A stretch of DNA of 64,000 bases, taken from contig NIVC01001003.1 of the NCBI GenBank assembly GCA_002269645.1, positions 62,001-126,000 of the forward strand, given 5' to 3'. The translations under genes and the position numbers were made by a program. The notes under the pieces are model-generated. The model saw only the letters and a program-made list of their open reading frames with translations. It searched no databases and was not told where the DNA came from. The DNA is from Macrostomum lignano (Eukaryota). Shown here piece by piece: positions 59,455 through 64,000 of the stretch; position 1 is the first letter of the stretch; every line of letters starts with the position of its first letter.

Positions 59455-59749
59455 GGGGCTGTAGCGCCCAGTGGTTGGAGCGTCGAACTCCCGACTTGAA
59501 AGGTCGGGGGTTCGATTTTCGACCTACACTCGGAACAATTTGCGTCCTTGAGCAAGACACTTAACTCTGCATTGCTTCAGTTCACCCAGCTGTAAAATGG
59601 GTGCCAGCATTAGCTGGTGTAATTGAGGGTGTGTGTGGCGACCCCCCCCCCCCGAACAGCCGTACGCAGCCTTCAGATGCACTGCGCAATAGCTGCGGCT
59701 AAGCTGTCGGTTGCACCCATTAGGGTAGGTGTAATCAATTATTATCATT
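59455..59749 (+). mobile_element. tRNA-derived CORE-SINE
   Basis: A box TAGCGCCCAGTGG and B box GGTTCGATT, then GTCCTTGAGCAAGACACTTAACTCTGCATTGCTTCAGTTCACCCAGCTGTAAAATGGG (MIR CORE-like), and an ATT-rich tail. Confidence 0.8.
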
Positions 59750-60569
59750 GTCCCTGGCAACTTTCAGCGATCCCAGTGTGTAACTGTAGCAGTGTTGACT
59801 CTGAAAGTGTCCATTATACTACTCAACAGCCTCTGATAAGGCGCAGAATTGCTCGACCAAACAGCAGAACGGACAGGACAAATGCAATTGAGGCCACCAC
59901 TTTTGTCGGCTCCTGGATAATATTGTCCTGCAAATTAAGCATAAGGAAATAGTTTAAAGAAAATATCTAGTATTTCTACTGTAAGTAGAGTGACCAGAAA
60001 CTAATAGAAAAATAAAAATTTCTCTCTCTGTAATGACTCATCGCCACCTTTTCCTTGGCCAGGGGAAGGGGCGGGGGGCTCTACAAATGAATGTTTAAAA
60101 ATAGACATTACGTACACCGCTCCAGCGCAGCATGCGAGTAGCGCCTGCGCATATTTATGTAGTCAGACATAGAAGTCTACATTTTCAGCTTAAAAAAGGA
60201 CTTTATGGCCAATTTCCTAGATAGCGCATTTTTTCACTTGCCTAAAGTCCCGTCTAAATCCTCTCTATGCCAGGATCTCTATCTAAATCCCCTCCTGGCC
60301 TCATCGCCAGACTCCCTATGACTTCCTTTATCTAGTTTATGCTTATACACTCGTTTAAGTGAGGTCTGGGTGCAAACATGTTAATTATTATTACCGCGTG
60401 TACCCGTACGCTAGTAAATGTAAATAAATTCGAGAGATGAATCATAAATGAATCATTTCCGTAGACCTTAGTGATTAGACACTATCACACTATAGTCTAG
60501 AATTCTTTACTTTTAGGGTCGACTAAGGAAGTACAATGTGTAGTTTATTTTGGCTATAGAAACTGGCTA

Positions 60570-61035
60570 TGGGGGACAACTTGGCGCTACCCCTCTCGTT
60601 ATTGCGTGAGTTTGCACTACCGCTACCCTCTCCAAAGGAATTGGCGCCACCCTCTCCAAAGGAATTGGCGCTACCCTCTCCAAAGGAATTAGCGCTACCC
60701 TCTCCAAAAGAATTGGCGCTACCCTCTCCAAAGGAATTGGCGCTACCCTGTCCAAAGGAATTGGCGCTACCCTCTCCAAAGGAATTGGCGCTACCCTCTC
60801 CAAAGGAATTAGCGCTACCCTCTCCAAAGGAATTGGCGCTACCCTCTCCAAAGGAATTAGCGCTACCCTCTCCAAAAGAATTGGCGCTACCCTGTCCAAA
60901 GGAATTAGCGCTACCCTCTCCAAAGGAATTGGCGCTACCCTCTCCAAAGGAATTAGCGCTACCCTCTCCAAAGGAATTGGCGCTACCCTCTCCAAAGGAA
61001 TTGTCGCTACCCTCTCCAAAGGAATTGGCGCTGTC
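60570..61035. repeat. 24-bp minisatellite
   Basis: Unit CTACCCTCTCCAAAGGAATTGGCG. Confidence 0.95.
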
Positions 61036-61709
61036 CCTCGGACTTTTTAACTCGCTTTCGCACCTGAGCCAAAAATATTGATAAGAAATGTTTTGCCTGT
61101 TCAAAACCGTGCTCTTGAATTCTAATCAGAAAATGGTGTTATGCAGCTTGGCCTGCCCTTGCCCTTCCTGCGTTCACGCGAAGATATTACGGCCGCTTCT
61201 TCCATGCAGTTTTATATATAGCTTGAAAATGAAAAGTAGCCACCCTGCCAAGCGTCCAGGGACCGCGCCCATTCCTAGGGTTTAGATATTTGTTCAATTC
61301 AGATTTCGTTAAAACAAAAGCAAACATAGCGAATCACTTAGCAACTAAGGGTAAAACACAGTTTTCCACTCTAAAATCTTGTCTATATGGTCTCCATTGT
61401 TCTTTGCAGATTCTTGAAGTCCAGTGAGAGCCGGCCACCGTTGCCAAAACGCTATCATGTAGGTCTTAATATTCATTGTATGTCGAATATAAAATGTGTT
61501 GACTAATTGTAGACATTCCATCGATCTCAGCAACTTCATAATACAACTAAATCAAGTGAGCAGTGTGTGAGCAGATTAATGCGCGGTGGGTCACAGGATT
61601 CACATGCCAGTGTTTTTTCAATATTTGGTTTTAGGCGTAAATTTTTGAGAAATGGAAGTTTAAGTTGGACCACCTGGTCGTTTGGGTGTGGATGAAGTGT
61701 CTGCGCACG

Positions 61710-62679
61710 CTATTCATATGTCAGCAGCGTGCTAGACTGGGCGAATAGGAGTTGGAGACTCGGTGAAATGCGATAATTGACGGGCGCATATAGTGAGAAT
61801 TAGTGATGGGTGAGAATCGGGAATAGGTGAGAGTTGGCGAAAGATTAGAATCGCGCAAGGTAAGAATGGGCAAAAGATGAGAATCGCACAAGGTAAGATT
61901 GGGCAAAAGATGAGAATCGCGCAAGGTAAGAATGGGCACAAGATGAGAATCGCGCAAGGTAAGAATGGGCAAAAGATGAGAATCGCGCAAGGTAAAAATG
62001 GGCACAAGATGAGAATCGCGCAAGGTAAGAATGGGCAAAAGATGAGAATCGCGCAAGGTAAGATTGGGCACAAGATGAGAATCGCGCAAGGTAAGAATGG
62101 GCACAAGATGAGAATCGCGCAAGGTAAGATTGGGCACAAGATGAGAATCGCGCAAGGTAAGATTGGGCACAAGATGAGAATCGCGCAAGGTAAGATTGGG
62201 CACAAGATGAGAATCGCGCAAGGTAAGATTGGGCACAAGATGAGAATCGCGCAAGGTAAGATTGGGCACAAGATGAGAATCGCGCAAGGTAAGAATGGGC
62301 ACAAGATGAGAATCGCGCAAGGTAAGAATAGGCACACAAGATGAGAATCAGCGATACGGTGAGAATCGATGAAATGGACAACGGCAAGAATCGCGAGCAG
62401 GAAATGAGCAGCAGGAGAAGCCGTCTGCATTCCAGGACTCACCCAGCCGCCGGCTCTGACAACCCAGGCCGATGCGGTTTTGCGGAAATAATCCAGCGAC
62501 CAGTTGTAGACCTGGCAGAATGCCAAGCGGTCTGAGCACTCGGCCGCCGTCAGAGCCAGCTCTGTGCAGAACAGCAGAATGCTGCAGCACTGGCCTCGGA
62601 TGTCGCCACGCCTGTGCTGCCTAGCGATCGCTTTGAGCTGATTCTCGAACTGTTGGCGGCTCATGCTGTGCAGATTCAC
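61710..62679 (-). CDS. Bcl-2 family protein (Bax/Bak/Bok-like), BH1-BH2 exon plus a short putative last exon; upstream exons not identified
   Basis: Exon 62679-62443 (CAG/GTGAGT, phase 0-0) encodes SILLFCTELAL...VYNWSLDYFRKTASAWVVRAGGW, comparable to Bax ALFYFASKLVL...IMGWTLDFLRERLLGWIQDQGGW. The next acceptor (61736) gives SSTLLTYE-stop. Confidence 0.7.
61845..62345. repeat. 33-bp minisatellite in the Bcl-2-like intron
   Basis: Unit GAGAATCGCGCAAGGTAAGATTGGGCACAAGAT. Confidence 0.95.
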
Positions 62680-62742
62680 CTGAGGCGGGATTGGAGCAGA
62701 TGGGATTGCTATCTCATTCTATCTAGGTCAAATAAGGAGGGG

Positions 62743-62935
62743 GGGCATCCCAAGCCGGAAAAAGCACAACTCCGAAGAGCGCTTTCTTATCATAACTCTG
62801 AAAGCTTTAGCAACGCCCAACGCTATTTTGGTTTTCGGAGTTGTGCTATTTCGGGTTAATGATATTTCAGGTTTATGATAGTTCGGGTTTGTGATGGGAA
62901 GTGATTTCGGAGTTGTGATTTTTCGGTTCATGCCC
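62743..62935. mobile_element. ~190-bp MITE in the intron upstream of the Bcl-2-like exon
   Basis: Ends GGGCAT..CCGGAAAAAGCACAACTCCGAA and TTCGGAGTTGTGATTTTTCGGTTCATGCCC are inverted. TSD unclear. Confidence 0.65.
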
Positions 62936-63539
62936 GGCGGTAAAAATCACGTCGAAATGACGTCGATATTCGCCTTTCAAAAACTTGCGACAAATGAGTA
63001 GTCGTTTGAACCTTCATTTGACGTCGAAATTTCGATATGAAATTTTTATCTTCTTTTTTGCAGAAATAATTATTAGTGATATTTGAAAAATATTTTTTCA
63101 ACGTGATTTTCAGTGTATTGAAAGGATCAATAAATTCAGTAAAACTGACACAACGTTTTTTTTGTTTCAACGCATCGCGAGATACACCTTTTTAAAAATA
63201 TCGCCATGCTGAATGTCGATCTATTATTTGTCAATTGCAGACTTCCAAATTATTTTACTGCGATTCATACGTAAATCTTTAACGTAAATTTTCTGTAACA
63301 AACATGGCAATTCATATTCTTTCATTGCGTTTCATTATTTTTTCGATAATTAATGTAATATACAATTTATGCGTTTAAAGTTCGATGTTTTATAATACTG
63401 TTGCTTATAGGACGGATAGGTTTAACTTTTTATACAGGATAAGTGAATTAATAATAAAGTAGCCATAAATTAGCAACTTTTTACGTTTTAGTACAGCTTA
63501 TTGGAAATTAATAATAGTGTAATATTTAATAAACAATAA

Positions 63540-64000
63540 TAGATTAGCTTTTATAAATGTAATAAAAGCACAATTCTATAGCTAAAAGAATGTTTGTTAT
63601 GAAAAATTTTTTAGGAAATTTAGGACATAGACGTAATTATAATTTTAGCCTAAATAGTATATATAATTATCCCATTTAAACATTAATTATTTAATTATTC
63701 ATTCTAATATATGTTTGTTACATTCTAAATAAAAGCATAGCCCAACCCATAACTGCTCATGAAATAACTAGAACAGCTATAGCATTTAAGTACCTTATCA
63801 CCAGCATCTAGACTCTAGAGCATGAAATACTACTCATACTATAATTATCTATTTTTTCTATGTAATGAAAACAGGATATACTATGTAACTATGCTATAAA
63901 AACTTTTATAAATGCTCTATATGGCCCAGGAATATATAGAACATTGTATAGTATTTTACTTGTTTAGTAAAGCCGCTGCTTACTCTACCAAAAATTCCAG
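63540..64000. other. CpG-depleted, TpA-rich relic, probably another hypermutated transposon
   Basis: About 2 CpG in 460 bp, against more than 20 in the adjacent, also AT-rich 62940-63540. Confidence 0.45.

Noticed and set aside
59455-59530. Possible tRNA gene
   Set aside because: It has A/B boxes but no complete cloverleaf acceptor stem, and it continues directly into a SINE CORE.
62728-62931. ORF as an upstream (BH3) exon of the Bcl-2-like gene
   Set aside because: It coincides with a MITE that has inverted ends and has no suitable donor.

Overview
Eukaryotic (animal) genomic DNA. GC-rich, Ala-rich exons with a minisatellite in nearly every intron suggest a free-living flatworm such as Macrostomum; the organism is inferred, not proven. 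Gene models were built by hand from splice signals and phase, and all counts are by hand. 1-41.6 kb is gene-dense: the 3' part of a BMAL1/CYCLE-like bHLH-PAS gene (+), then six co-oriented minus-strand genes (PPP6R, TYW5, a 4-TM protein, MsrB, an apparently catalytically dead 2OG-Fe(II) oxygenase-like protein, DCAF17). 41.6-57.7 kb is a nested transposon block. It holds a FLYWCH-MULE transposase relic and a TIR element that are nearly CpG-free and carry C>T/G>A transitions in non-CpG contexts (RIP-like). Inserted in the TIR element is a young tandem array of a 2.18-kb Penelope-derived unit (GIY-YIG fragment plus hammerhead ribozyme, no RT). The right end has a CORE-SINE, MITEs and the 3' exons of a divergent Bcl-2-family gene. 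Best leads: (1) RIP-like hypermutation of transposons in an animal, (2) the retrozyme-like Penelope/hammerhead array, (3) a DCAF17 ORF with no AUG near its 5' end, starting at an in-frame splice acceptor (possible spliced-leader AUG). Most long ORFs in the supplied track are repeat artefacts.
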